The notes beneath the pieces were generated by a model. It saw nothing but the letters and a program-made list of their open reading frames with translations, did no database searches and had not been told where the DNA came from. Positions 1 to 27,163 of a stretch of DNA of 35,441 nucleotides are shown in pieces; position 1 is the first letter of the stretch; the number at the start of each line of letters is the position of its first letter. This DNA is from Ministeria vibrans ATCC 50519. Lineage: Eukaryota > Protista > Filasterea. Made by a program: the position numbers and the translations under genes. The DNA is taken from assembly GCA_943704425.1 (NCBI GenBank), contig CALSCP010001010.1, positions 1 to 35,441 on the forward strand, written 5' to 3'.

Positions 1-98
<98 letters not shown>

Positions 99-110
99 CT
101 TTCTCTTTCT
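1..110. repeat. (CT)n microsatellite grading into a CTTT polypyrimidine tract (intron of the truncated upstream gene)
   Basis: Perfect CT dinucleotide run to ~82, then CTTT units leading to the acceptor cttgtag at 111-117. Confidence 0.95.
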
Positions 111-117
111 CTTGTAG

Positions 118-207
118 GGCTCAGAGAGTCTGTACCGGGGCTGGCAGCCGGTGTTGGTGTGGAATATGGCGACGTCCACCCTCATGTATGTGCTGTCCCG
201 TCAGTGA
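118..207 (+). CDS. Terminal exon of a probable mitochondrial carrier (SLC25-like) protein; 5' part lies outside the window
   Basis: After acceptor TAG(117) the sequence reads GSESLYRGWQPVLVWNMATSTLMYVLSRQ*. G-x3-LYRG-x2-P followed by a hydrophobic helix matches the second half of the mitochondrial carrier repeat. Only 29 aa are visible. Confidence 0.55.
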   Translation, partial: GSESLYRGWQPVLVWNMATSTLMYVLSRQ

Positions 208-368
208 GCAGGGTTGTGTGTATTTCCTATTAAAAGCACGGCAGTTTAGAATACCACGAATCAGAATTCACAACTCGGAAGATTAGATTCAGTCAATTAC
301 TCAATTAGTCAATTTTTAATAATAATAATAATTATTATTTGTGTAAATTTGTGTTTGTTTCTTGCACA

Positions 369-2169
369 ATGAAGGTCGCAGTCATTGGTGGCGGCATGGG
401 CGGCTTGTGTTGCTCGTGGCTCCTCTCGCGAGGGGGTGCCGAAGTGCATCTGTTTGAACGACAGGTTCGTTTTGCTTTCAGTCGTTTCCTTTTCATCTCA
501 ATCGTACATTCCATTCCTCGCGCCTTCCACCACCCATCTTGCCGCATGGCACATGCTATTGGGCCAACGATGCTCGAACACCCCGACCCTTTGCGTTATC
601 CTGTCACCCAACTCGTCTCTAACTTTTTTCCCCACACTCGCACACTTGGGCGCACAGGCAGCGCCCGGACTCAGCTCACACGCCATCGACGTGGCCTTTG
701 AGGACGACGAAACGAGGGTAGTCGATGTGCCGCCGCGAGTGTTCACCAAGGGATACTACTCGGAGCTGCTGTGTCTGTACGAGTATCTGGGCGTGCGCTT
801 TGAGACGACGGACGCGAGCACGTCGTACCAGGTCCTGGGCGAGTCCACCTTCTTCCGCTTCTTCAACATCATCGTCGGCTCCTGGTCCGTGCCCTGTGCC
901 CTGGGCCTTGGCGTCTTCTCGCTCGACTTCTTCCGCTGCGTCCGCGACCTCATCGCCTTCAAGCGCTGCGCTCGTCGCGACCTCAATGCGGGCCTCCTTG
1001 ACAAAATCACCCTCGGCGAGTATCTCATTCAAAACAACTACAGTGAAGTCTTTTCAAAGCGTTTTCTCGTGCCCATGTTTGCCGGTAAGAAACAGAGCTT
1101 CTGAAGACGTAGTCTCTTATAATACTATTATATTGTTATTGGTTTAACAGTGATTTGCACATGCTCATGCGAGAGTGTCGAAGCATACCCGGCCAATGTG
1201 ATTGTTGAGTTTATGCTGTCTCTTGCGCTTCGGCCGCGCAGTGGCGTGCGACGGGCCGTCGACGGAATGCGCACTGTGTCACGGCAGCTGAGTGCTTCCG
1301 TCGCACACACACTGTGCCACACACGCGTGGTGCGACTGCGGCGACATGCCGACGACCACCGCATCTTTGTGACGACCGTGCAGGATGAGGAGGGAAGCAC
1401 AGCCGAGGAGACGACCACTGCCTTTGACCATGTCGTGTTTGCCACACAGGCCAATCAGGCGCTCGAGCTACTGCGTGAATGTGGCGAGAGTGGGCCTCGC
1501 GCAGCCGATCGCGCACGCGCTCTCGCGCACTTTGCGTACGAGGCTAGCGACGTGACAGTGCATCGCGATGCGGCTCTGATGCCTCGTCGGCGCTGCGACT
1601 GGGCTCCCATGAACATCTTCGTGACGCCCGATAGCGCCCAAGCCATGTGCACTGCCTGGCAAAACCGCGTACAGCCCCTGCCCACCCGCACCCCCCTTTT
1701 CCAGACATGGAACCCCGTCCTCAAGCCAGACCCCGCCACCATTGTCGTACGTCCTACCCGCATACTTTTGTTTTGCACCTTACACGCTCTCCATTATTGT
1801 GTGCTCACTTTGCTTCGTTTTTTTCCCTCGTAGTCCCAAGCTCACTTTGAGCGGCCCATTGTACGTCTTGACACCGCAGCCGGACTGGCTCTGCTGCGTG
1901 ACGTACAAGGTGCCGACAACTACTGGTTTGTCGGCTCGTACTCGCTGCACGGCGTACCCCTCCTCGAGAACGCGTGTCGCTCGGGCCTGTGGGTCGCCGA
2001 GAAGCTCACGCCCGCCCGTCGTCCCTGGACGCGCCTCGACAATGAGGAGCTCGGGTCGCACGAGACCATGCCTCCCACGCATCCCCGAAGCATCTCTTGG
2101 CTTGCCCGTGTTGCTGTCGTTGCGGCTGTCGCTGCCCTCTCTGCTTTCATTGTCGCCAAGAGGAAATGA
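369..2169 (+). CDS. FAD/NAD-binding oxidoreductase (amine-oxidase-like, COG2907-type), 484 aa, with C-terminal membrane anchor
   Basis: Exons 369-464, 658-1084, 1151-1746, 1834-2169 have GT-AG boundaries and join in frame (1455 nt). N-terminal Rossmann motif MKVAVIGGGMGG...VHLFE; VDVPPRVF..GYY; FDHVVFATQANQA; VHRDAALMP; NYWFVGSY...LLENACRSG; hydrophobic tail ending KRK. Confidence 0.85.
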
Positions 2170-2313
2170 GATGATTAATGAAGAGCGCGTCAATTTTGAA
2201 TATCAAATTTTTTCAATATTTGCCCCCACGCGCATCCCGGATTTTATTTGCACCGGTAGCTGACTGGTTGTGCTGCTAAGCGTGCTCCCTGCCAACGTGT
2301 GTTTCCAAGCGGG

Positions 2314-3981
2314 ATGACATCATCGTTCGTCCATCACCACCTTGAACACCCGCGGAGCTTCGAGGAGGTGGAAGATGATGACTCCCCCGACTGGTGTGCC
2401 GACGACGAGGATAGAGGGGCTGCTGCCCACGACAGCTACCTTGGCTTCAACCGGCATGCTCGCCCTGTGTCGCTCCCTGCGCGACTTGAGCACGATGACG
2501 CTGCAATCAACGCGAGCGACTCTCTCGGGCCCATGCGGCGACGGGGCCGCCTCTCCTCTACTTCTTCTCGTCAACGAAGCGGTACGTCAAGTGAAAAGGC
2601 CCCTTGCTTGTGCCCCAACGCGGCTTTGTTTTTTTTTCTCGATCATTCTCTGTCCTTTCTCTCCCCTATTCTACCCCATCCGCACCTCGCCGTGCCACCT
2701 CTTGCGTTTGCACCACTCTATTTTTGCCATAGTCTCTTGTTCCTTGTACTGCGCAAGCGATCAGGAGTCGTGTTCTCTGCTGCACGTGGAAAGCGTCATT
2801 TTCCTCAACCCAACACGATGTTTTTCCAGTATTTCCCCCCTGATGCGCATTTGTGTCTCTTCTGTGGTGCACGTACATTCCATTTCTTACAGCTCCTTCA
2901 TACGCGGATCGCATTGTGTCGCACCGCTATGGAACACATCCTTACTAACTTTTATTGTTTTTTGCATACAGAAAATCGAGTGGGCTATCAAAAGCATTTG
3001 AGCTACAACTTGTGCGCCAATCGCGCGCACACCGGGTACGAGCTGGAGTTGACGGGCGATATGTTTCGTCGGGTCCATCTCGACCCGTGGCACTCGTTGG
3101 AGCATTTTGATCCACAGTCTCTGCCTGGGCTGCACGCCGTGCGTCTCATGGATGCCGCCATCAAGAACCACGACGCAGAGAACTGCGAGGCGTGCACGAT
3201 GCGGAAACACTTGCGTAAGGGTGGCGCGCCCCACTTTATCCGGCTGACTAATGCGCGCCTGTGGACTCTGCGGTGCGATGACTCCTGCAACGTGTCGGGC
3301 CGCTGTCAAGTAAGAGAAAAACAAGAAACAAGACGTCTTGTGTATGTCAACGATGCGACTCATCAAGTATTGTGTTTGGGATAGGATGGCTTCATTTGCA
3401 CCAACACTCAGATTGTGGCGCATTTGCAAAATTTAGGCTGGTGTGGCCCGGCGGTGAATCTCGACAAGTCGGGCAGAAGGCGGCTGAAGTGTCGCCGCTG
3501 TGGCGAGTCCGGCCTCACTCAGGACGCACTCCTTTTGCATCTGCTTGTGGTACCCCATGGCAACGAGGAGGACGACGAGGATGATAACAACGACGATGAC
3601 GAGGAAAAGGAGAAGGAGCACTTGGACGCTGATGAGAGGAAGGGCTGTCGCGCCAGGATGGTCACCAACACGTCTCACCCTGCTCATCACCATGCTCATC
3701 ACGAGTTGGAAGACGTCATCAATGGAAGCATGCGCATGGACTTGTCGACGGACGTGACCACCTTGAGTGTGGACACCTTGTCGTACGCCTCGCCCACCTG
3801 CACCGCCCAGCCGGCGCCGCCCCTCAACCTCACATTCACCACCATTGCCTCGGGGAACATGTCTGCCCTGGGTCACACCCCAACAGGGCGCCCCACCACT
3901 GCACCGTCCTCCTCCACCTCGCTGCTTCACATGCTTGCTGACATTGCCGCCCAAACGCCAATGTTGGCGCCCCAGCACTGA
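2314..3981 (+). CDS. Hypothetical 400-aa Cys/His-rich protein with one C2H2-like zinc finger; possible transcription regulator
   Basis: Exons 2314-2581, 2972-3309, 3385-3981 join in frame through GT-AG introns. Contains C-x2-C-x12-H-x5-H (CRRCGESGLTQDALLLHLLVVPH), further CxxC/CxxxC pairs, an acidic tract and a C-terminal LLHMLADIA helix. Confidence 0.65.
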
Positions 3982-4385
3982 GCTATTTATATTCAACAAA
4001 AGTGTAAAAGAGTGAACAATTATTATGAGTTTTAGATGAGTATTGAGACGAATACTGATGAATCAAGAATCGTTGAGTGGGCGTGCATCCGTTTGTCAGA
4101 ACAAGACATTTCCATTCAGCTCTCACGTAGCAACGACAGCAGAAGCCGCCGCGACTCAGGCACTCAACACCAAATTACCAATAACGAATGTCAATGACTA
4201 ATCTTCATTCTTCATTCTTATTTCTTCAAAAACTATTTTCTTGCTTTGTTACGTACCTCAGTAGTCATGCCACCCCCAAAGACGGTATGAGACTGCGCGC
4301 CCGCTTGCTCGCTTTGCGCTGCTCCGCTTTTTCCAAAATGCGCGCCTAAAACACACTCGTTCTCGCACCACCACAGAAGACCGCG

Positions 4386-9629
<5,244 letters not shown>

Positions 9630-9808
9630 AAAAAAGTGAAAGTGCAATAAAAAAGTCTTCTCTTTTCACGTATTGTCAATTTTTATTGTTCTTAAAATTG
9701 ATTGATTTTTATTCCTATAATTTTTGTCTTTGATTAAATTATTTCCTTTAACCTTCTTTTATTCGATTATTGTGTTGCTCTTTTTTCTTTTTCTAATTAT
9801 TTTTTATT

Positions 9809-12182
9809 TTACAGCAGAAGCAAGTGCGGAGGCACTTGTGTCACGTCTACTTGCACGGCGCACTCACCCTTGCCACCCTCATGAACTTTTTCACTTTGTT
9901 GCGCTTGTGCTGCAGCACTGACAGCATCAATGGACGAAGGAATGGACGAGGAGCGTCGCGAGCGACTAAGCAGCGTGTGCTCCCAGCGCGTCAGCTCGGC
10001 CGCATACGTGTCCACCAAGTGGGCAATCTCTGCAACGCGCGAGCGATTGCGCCTGTGTTCGCGAGCAGTTGTCTCGGCCACGAGTGCATTTAGCTCAGCC
10101 GTCACATGAGCAACAAGACGATCTTCGGCGCTGTCGAGCGTCGCCATGCGCGCATCAACCGACGCACTCAGTGCGTTCGCAAGCACATCTTTGTCCTGCA
10201 TCAGCGACCGCAGCTCCTGAAATATGAAATATGGAGAGTGTCAGCACACGCATATAACTATGTGATAGAGCAGTTACCGGCGCAAGTGCTTCGTCAAGTT
10301 CGTTTTTGCCAAACTTGTCCATCGTCTGACGCGCCAAATGGCCAATGCGCTCTTGTAGCCCCTTTTCCATCTCCCTACATTTTTTTTTCATTGGCAATAC
10401 ACACAGACAAAATGAGCGACGCATGAATAGCTTGAGTACAGGCAAATAGCACCTGAGCTCTGTAAAGAGGGCGGCGCTGCGTTCGCGATGAGCACTGGCC
10501 AGATCGCGCAGAGTGCGCTGGTATCCCTTGTCAATCTCTGCCATTTGGTCGACTGTCGCCACTTCACGTTCCATCAGCGCAGTCCACAGTCCCTTCAGCT
10601 CCTCCTTCACATACACAACAATATTAAACAACCGGTTGAGTCGATCATTGAAAACGTCTCACATGTACATTCGACGTTCATAAGTCATCGATGGAATACA
10701 ATAATAATTAACTTCGTACTTTGCGCAGTGCAATCCACCCTGAGTCAATCGACTGGCTGTCTGACGCACGCTGTGCAAGTGTGCGCCATTGCACTGCAAA
10801 CGCCCGCACCAGCGCACGCCCTGCCGCATCCTCTGCTTGTGTATCTGCATCGACTGCCTCCTCATACGCCTGTGTTTCTTGGTGCCGTCGCTCAGCCTGT
10901 GCCAGCGCACTCTCGACCACTCGATCGCACACGTTGTTAAATGGCTCTATCGCACATGGGAAAAAACTCATCTTATTTCATACCTTCTTTTCTCATCACT
11001 AGTTCTGTACTCACCTTGGATGGCCTGAACAAAACCCTGGTAGTCGGGCAAAGCGTGCATGCGACTGCGCTCCGGGTCTTGTGCGCCCATGTCCGCCAGC
11101 AGCGCACCCTCCGCCATGCCCTGCACCCCCACCTGTGCCTGCTGCGTCTTCGTCCGCTCTCTTTCCTCTGCTGCCTCCTGCGCTGCCGCCTTGTCCTGCT
11201 CCCTTAGCTCTAGCAACACAAGCGCACTCCGCTGCGTCTCCACCGCCGCTGCTTGCTTCAAGAGACAATTTGAATGTAAAAAAAAAAATTGCATCGCCGG
11301 AGCATCGGCAAGAAAGAGTTTTATATATATATATATTATATATATATTTATTATATAATTTATTATATTATTTACCTCTTCGGGTAAGATGGGCTCGTGA
11401 TCGAGGTAGCGCAAGGAAGGAAGGTGTGCTAGCACAAACTCTTTGTAGTTGCCTGCAGTATCGCTTGCAGTATCGCTTGCAAATGCTGGATTTCCCTTGA
11501 TATTCAAGCAGCGCAGTTTGCCCAATGATCTCAAGTGGAGCACCTAATATAAATGGAATGAATTGTGTTGAGACGTACTAATGTTTCTTTGTACCGTAGA
11601 CATGTCGTTGAGAAAGTTACTGCCAACGGAGAGAAATTGAAGTTGAGCAAGCGAGTTGAGATTCTCTAGGACCGAGATGCGATTGTGGAAGAGCGACAGT
11701 TCCTCAAGATGTATCAGTTGATGGAGACCCTCAATTTTGTCAATGTTGTTAAAGGAAAGATCTGTTGTAACAACAAAGATTAGTGCGACGAATGTAACTG
11801 GCTGATGGTTTACCTAAAGAGCAAAGATTGACAAGACGGTCGAGACCCTCGATGCGTGCAATAGTGTTGTTGTCCAGCTTTAGCTTTGTCAGTCCCGTGA
11901 ATGATTGAAGGTTTTCAATGCGACCAATGTCTGAGTAACAGGTCAGTACAATCCCACGAATTAAGCGCCGAGCCTTACTCTGAAACCCAAAGAAGAGCTC
12001 GACAACGTCCGCATAGTCACTCTTCTCTGCCTGGTTAGGCGCTTGTGTCTACGTTATGAGAACAAAGATATTATTTTTCGTTGTCAATGGCAACGACAAA
12101 ACCGAACCTCTACAACTTTCGCCAGATACTCGACAGAGAGTGTGGTTGGATCAACATGTCGGTCGTGAGTCAACTCAGTCAT
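9809..12182 (-). CDS. DRC3: Dynein regulatory complex subunit 3 (LRRC48), multi-exon; extreme 3' end uncertain
   Basis: ATG at 12182 (MTELTHDRHVDPTTLS). SDS22-type LRRs NIGRIENLQSFTGLTKLKLDNNTIARIEGL, DLSFNNIDKIEGL, LEELSLFHNRI; LRR cap NIKGNP...YKEFVLAHLPSLRYLD; long coiled coil with LWTALMERE and C-terminal EHRRNRSRVAEI, as in DRC3. Confidence 0.9.
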
Positions 12183-12346
12183 ACTACTGAGAATGGACTG
12201 AGTGAGGCATGGAAAAATTTAAAATTTAGATGAAGTAAATGACGAGTAATAATTGATATTAATTTTTTTTACTTGGAGTGCGGGCGTAATGGATGAACAC
12301 GATTCGCACCAGGATTGAATAATGTATTTAGTATTATTAAAATATA

Positions 12347-12582
<236 letters not shown>

Positions 12583-13140
12583 GCCACCTGGACTTGCCGC
12601 CGCCGACCACCGATCCGATTGCCTCAACCACGACTTCGACCTTACACTCCTTGCCGACAGACACCTCCATGGTGTCAGAGCCCTAAGCCTCCTCTGGGGG
12701 TATGGCGTACCATTGCGATTGCCTCACTGGATAACGTCGACACAGCACTATGACCTGCCACTGCTCTCCCATGTTACCTCTAGAGTTTCGGTCGAGTTTG
12801 CAAGGCGGTCTGGCTGTGTCTTCGCGTGGTGACTGTATCGTTAATAAATGGGTTGTATTCTTCTTCTTCTTCTTATTATTTCTTCTCTTATTATTATTAT
12901 TATTATTATTATTCTCTTATAATTATTACACGCTCACATCGCCATGTACACGCTTGTGCGTCACCCACCGTGAGACCAAAAAAAAAAGGCTTCAAATTTT
13001 AACATTGTAATGTGTGGGTCTATGTAAGCGCCCATCTTTGGAGGGATAGTCTATATGGCGTAAGCAGTGTATAATTATTGTTCTCTCACATTATATTTTT
13101 AGTGAACTTTCACTTTTTATTATTATATTTTTACTGTCGA

Positions 13141-13618
13141 TCATAGTACGCACTCAATCAACGGTGGTCTGCACAATGGAAAGCACAGTGCAAGTCGCGT
13201 CAACAAAGAAGCTCGCGGCAGACGTGGTGTCGCCGACAGACACCACGGCGTCGGTGTGTCAGTGGACTCATCGTCCTCTGCAAACTTACATCCGCCTGAG
13301 GTCGAAACACTGACTTCGCCAAGGTTGGCATTGGTGTCAGCTTGTTGGATATACTCGGCGCGTTGATCCTCCTCCCAACACTTCCAGACGGCAGAAGAAG
13401 AAATCTTGAGCCAACTAAGATGATAAGGCGTTATTAATTTGATATTCGTCATCTCCGCACAACAAACATTCATACGATCCACGACGGTAGGCAGTGGGGT
13501 TGTGACTGGGGTCGCTGGCAGCCTCCACCTCAACCCCTTTGCTGTTTCTATTGCAGTAAGCCTCCAGACGACAGCGGGTGAAGCCCGCAGAAGGAAGCGT
13601 CGCGGCGCACGACAGCAT
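13141..13618 (-). CDS. Small Cys-rich orphan protein (138 aa from ATG 13618), two exons; true start uncertain, possibly secreted
   Basis: A 61-nt GTATGA...CTTAG intron (13475-13415) joins the ORFs 13415..13663 and 13141..13533 in frame: MLSCAATLPSAGFTRCRLEAYC...RRGS|WLKISSSAVWKCWEE...CVL*. No family recognised. Confidence 0.5.
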
Positions 13619-14507
13619 CACAACAACAACAACAAGGGGGTAAAACGCATCTCTCCTCCCCACAATGCATATGCACGAAGCGTGTCAGACGTATACACAT
13701 CACACCGTTCATATAAACTGGCACTCTGGCAGTTGGCCACAGTGCACGTCAAGCGTCAAGTCGGACATGACTCCATTACGAAGAGGTGTGAAAAAATGAA
13801 TAGGGTATCGTCAACGCAATAAGCGCACAAGGGCGTACGCCTACGTCGGGGATGCAAGCTCGCCCACTACTCCACTAGACCGTAGAGGAATACACTATAC
13901 AGTGCTTATGCATACTCAGTGTTCTTCCCCTTGCAAAATGCTCTTGATTTCTCTTGGGGAAAAGGAGACAAAAAATTTCCCAAAATTCCAAAATTATTTT
14001 AGTTGCGTTTCGTCCAGCCAGAAGAGAAACCCGCTCGCAAATGCAGTGAGCTGTCCGCGTTACAAACCATGAGCCGTGATCCGTCACAGTCGGTTGTCTC
14101 ATTTCTCAAGAGGCGAGTGAGACAGCAGAGTGAGCACGCACACCGATATTAAAATACATATTGTGTGCCCGCGATCAGTCAGTTAATGCTTTATTGACCA
14201 ATTCTCGACTGCTGTCAACTTAACAAACAAGTGAGTGTCACTCAGACAACAGGTAGTCTGTCTTTCTGTCAGGTACCACTTTTACTGTGGTAGACCTCGC
14301 GCCTGTGTTCTCCTGGGGGTGTTTTTCTCATCAGGTTGGCCGTTTAATGTTTATGCAGTTATGAAATCAATTATTTTTCAGATTTCTCATTCAAATTATT
14401 TATCATCATGACTCGGTGAAAATTGACCATGGCATCACTCCATCTGCCCTCAGGATTCAGTCAGCAGTCTTTTCTCTCTCCTCTCTGATCTGAGTGATCT
14501 CTGCCCC

Positions 14508-14556
<49 letters not shown>

Positions 14557-14560
14557 CAAA

Positions 14561-15169
14561 ATGGCTGGGTCCGCCAATAGCGAACTGGTCGTTAAAACTG
14601 CGCTTGCAATCGTGCCCCCCGTCGAAATGTGGGCGCCCATTCAAGCCATTCGAGAGCATCGTGACAAGGCGTATGCACGATGGCCGCCGCACATCAATTT
14701 GCTCTATCCGTTTGTTCCCGAAGAAGACTTTGCTGAAGTAGTGCGCCCGCTTGCACAAGCGCTCACAGACGTCCCGTGCTTCACCGTCACCCTCGCCGAG
14801 TTTGCCTTCTTCCGGCAGAAAAAGGTTGCTTCGGTGTACCTACGACCGACGTCCAGCGTGGACGGTGCGGTGAATACAGTGTACAGGAGGGCGCGAGCGG
14901 CTGTGCCTGCAGTCGCGGCGGTGCCCGAGGGCCGTCCCTTCGCCGCTCATCTGTCGGTAGGCCAGTGGCCCAATGCCGAGGCAGAACGAGTGTGTTCGAC
15001 AACACTCGCTCTTGAAGGTGGGCCCATTACCTTCCCGGTCAACGAGGTGTTTCTACTAGCACGGCGGGGCTTTGCCGATCCTTTTCATGTGCGTGCTGTC
15101 GTGTCCCTCGGCACAGGCAAAGGCCGTCTTATCACTGATGATTCCTATAGCAGCTTTGCGTCACGCTGA
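14561..15169 (+). CDS. 2H phosphoesterase / 2'-5' RNA ligase-like protein (LigT-like), single exon, 202 aa
   Basis: TALAIVPP...IQAIR..DK...RWPPHINLLYPFVP (first His motif) and PFAAHLSVGQ (second HxS motif) are typical of the 2_5_RNA_ligase2-type domain. Confidence 0.9.
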   Translation: MAGSANSELVVKTALAIVPPVEMWAPIQAIREHRDKAYARWPPHINLLYPFVPEEDFAEVVRPLAQALTDVPCFTVTLAEFAFFRQKKVASVYLRPTSSVDGAVNTVYRRARAAVPAVAAVPEGRPFAAHLSVGQWPNAEAERVCSTTLALEGGPITFPVNEVFLLARRGFADPFHVRAVVSLGTGKGRLITDDSYSSFASR

Positions 15170-15369
15170 GTGAGCTACAACGAAGAAGAGTCGTGAAGAG
15201 CAAGGATAGTTTAGCTGTATTCGACGAGACAGAAGCGAGTGACACCCTCAGAGTGTACCCCTCAAGATATATTAAAGTTCTATTAAAGTGCCTCCTCCGG
15301 GCTATTATAGTATTTACAATGGACAGCAATGAGTGAGCAATCAGCATAGACAATGTAGACTTGTGGCGA

Positions 15370-15640
15370 TGACTCCTGGAGCGCTTGCGGAACTGAGACT
15401 TCACTGAGACTTTCCGGTAGTTCGGTGTTCGTTCGGTGCAAGCCCCTTGTCGCCCCTCTTGTGGAGCGGGATCACACGTGCCAGGCGCCAGCTGGTGGGA
15501 ATCATTTCCATCGTCTGACACAATTGGAACAGCTTGGTCAGGGCCTGGTGCAGTGACTGTCGAAACTCTGTCGGTGCGACGAGCGCGGTTGTGTTCGCGC
15601 TGCCAGCGACACCTCTTCGACGGTGTACGACTGTACGGTG
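15370..15640 (-). mobile_element. Degenerate non-LTR retrotransposon (LINE) reverse-transcriptase N-terminal fragment
   Basis: LTKLFQLCQTMEMIPTSWRLARVIPLHKRGDK then, after a frameshift, PNYRKVSVKSQFRK. This matches the LINE RT signature LF..C...IP..WK.A.V.PI.K.G...NYRPISL.S...K. No downstream RT motifs are seen. Confidence 0.8.
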
Positions 15641-15814
15641 CTGCAACCGGGTCCAGTGAGAACGGCAGGGGCTGCCAGCCGACGTTTTCCATTTTTTGAT
15701 TAATTGCGTGGCGGTCAATTTTCAACTTCTTTCAACTCCAGTTGCCGTCTTCTGGGGATTGATGGAAATTTCGGATCGATTAATCGACAAATTCACACAA
15801 ATATTTCTCCCCCT

Positions 15815-26565
<10,751 letters not shown>

Positions 26566-27163
26566 GGGAGAAGGGAGAGTAAAAGAGAGGAAGAGAGGAA
26601 GAGTTTTATGATTATGAATACATGAGAGACTAAGTTCACAGTTTAGTGAAGATCGGAAGGTGGAAGGACTCTCTTTGGGAGTTTCAACCTTGGTTTTGCA
26701 TAAAGCCGTTTCACATCACCTCTTTGATTACAAGCTCCGAACTTTGCTTGGTTTGCCTGGTTTGAAGATCGACCCTATTTAGTGTCTCTTCAATTGGACG
26801 GGGGTGGGTATTAGTGTACCTTGGAAGCGCAAGCTAGCCAAGCTTGAATACGCTACTCTTTGCATATCCAACATTGTATCACAACGGACAAGCAGCCAGA
26901 GCCCAGCTTGAGAGCTTTCTATTTCGCGTTTTCCCGCCATCCACATACGAAAGGGCGCTCACAGACAAACCTCACTCACTCAGCACTTAGCAGTGTCTAG
27001 TGAAACAAACAAACACTCGAGTGAGTCGACAGTCAGGCAGACGGCAGACAACCCGTGACCGGCCAGACCGGGTTTCTTATTTTCGCATCAAAAAATAATA
27101 TTAATCAAAAATCAAATTAATTATTCAATATTCATCAGAATATTTTTTTGTTTTGGTATTTTC

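Noticed and set aside
11453-11480. 12-bp tandem duplication (TGCAGTATCGCT) in DRC3
   Set aside because: In-frame ASDT repeat in a loop; ordinary slippage.
14232-14244. Inverted repeat TGAGTG-T-CACTCA and recurring TCAGTC/ACTCA words upstream of several genes (289, 14457, 26971)
   Set aside because: Could be initiator-like promoter elements, but they are too short and too few to distinguish from chance without TSS data.
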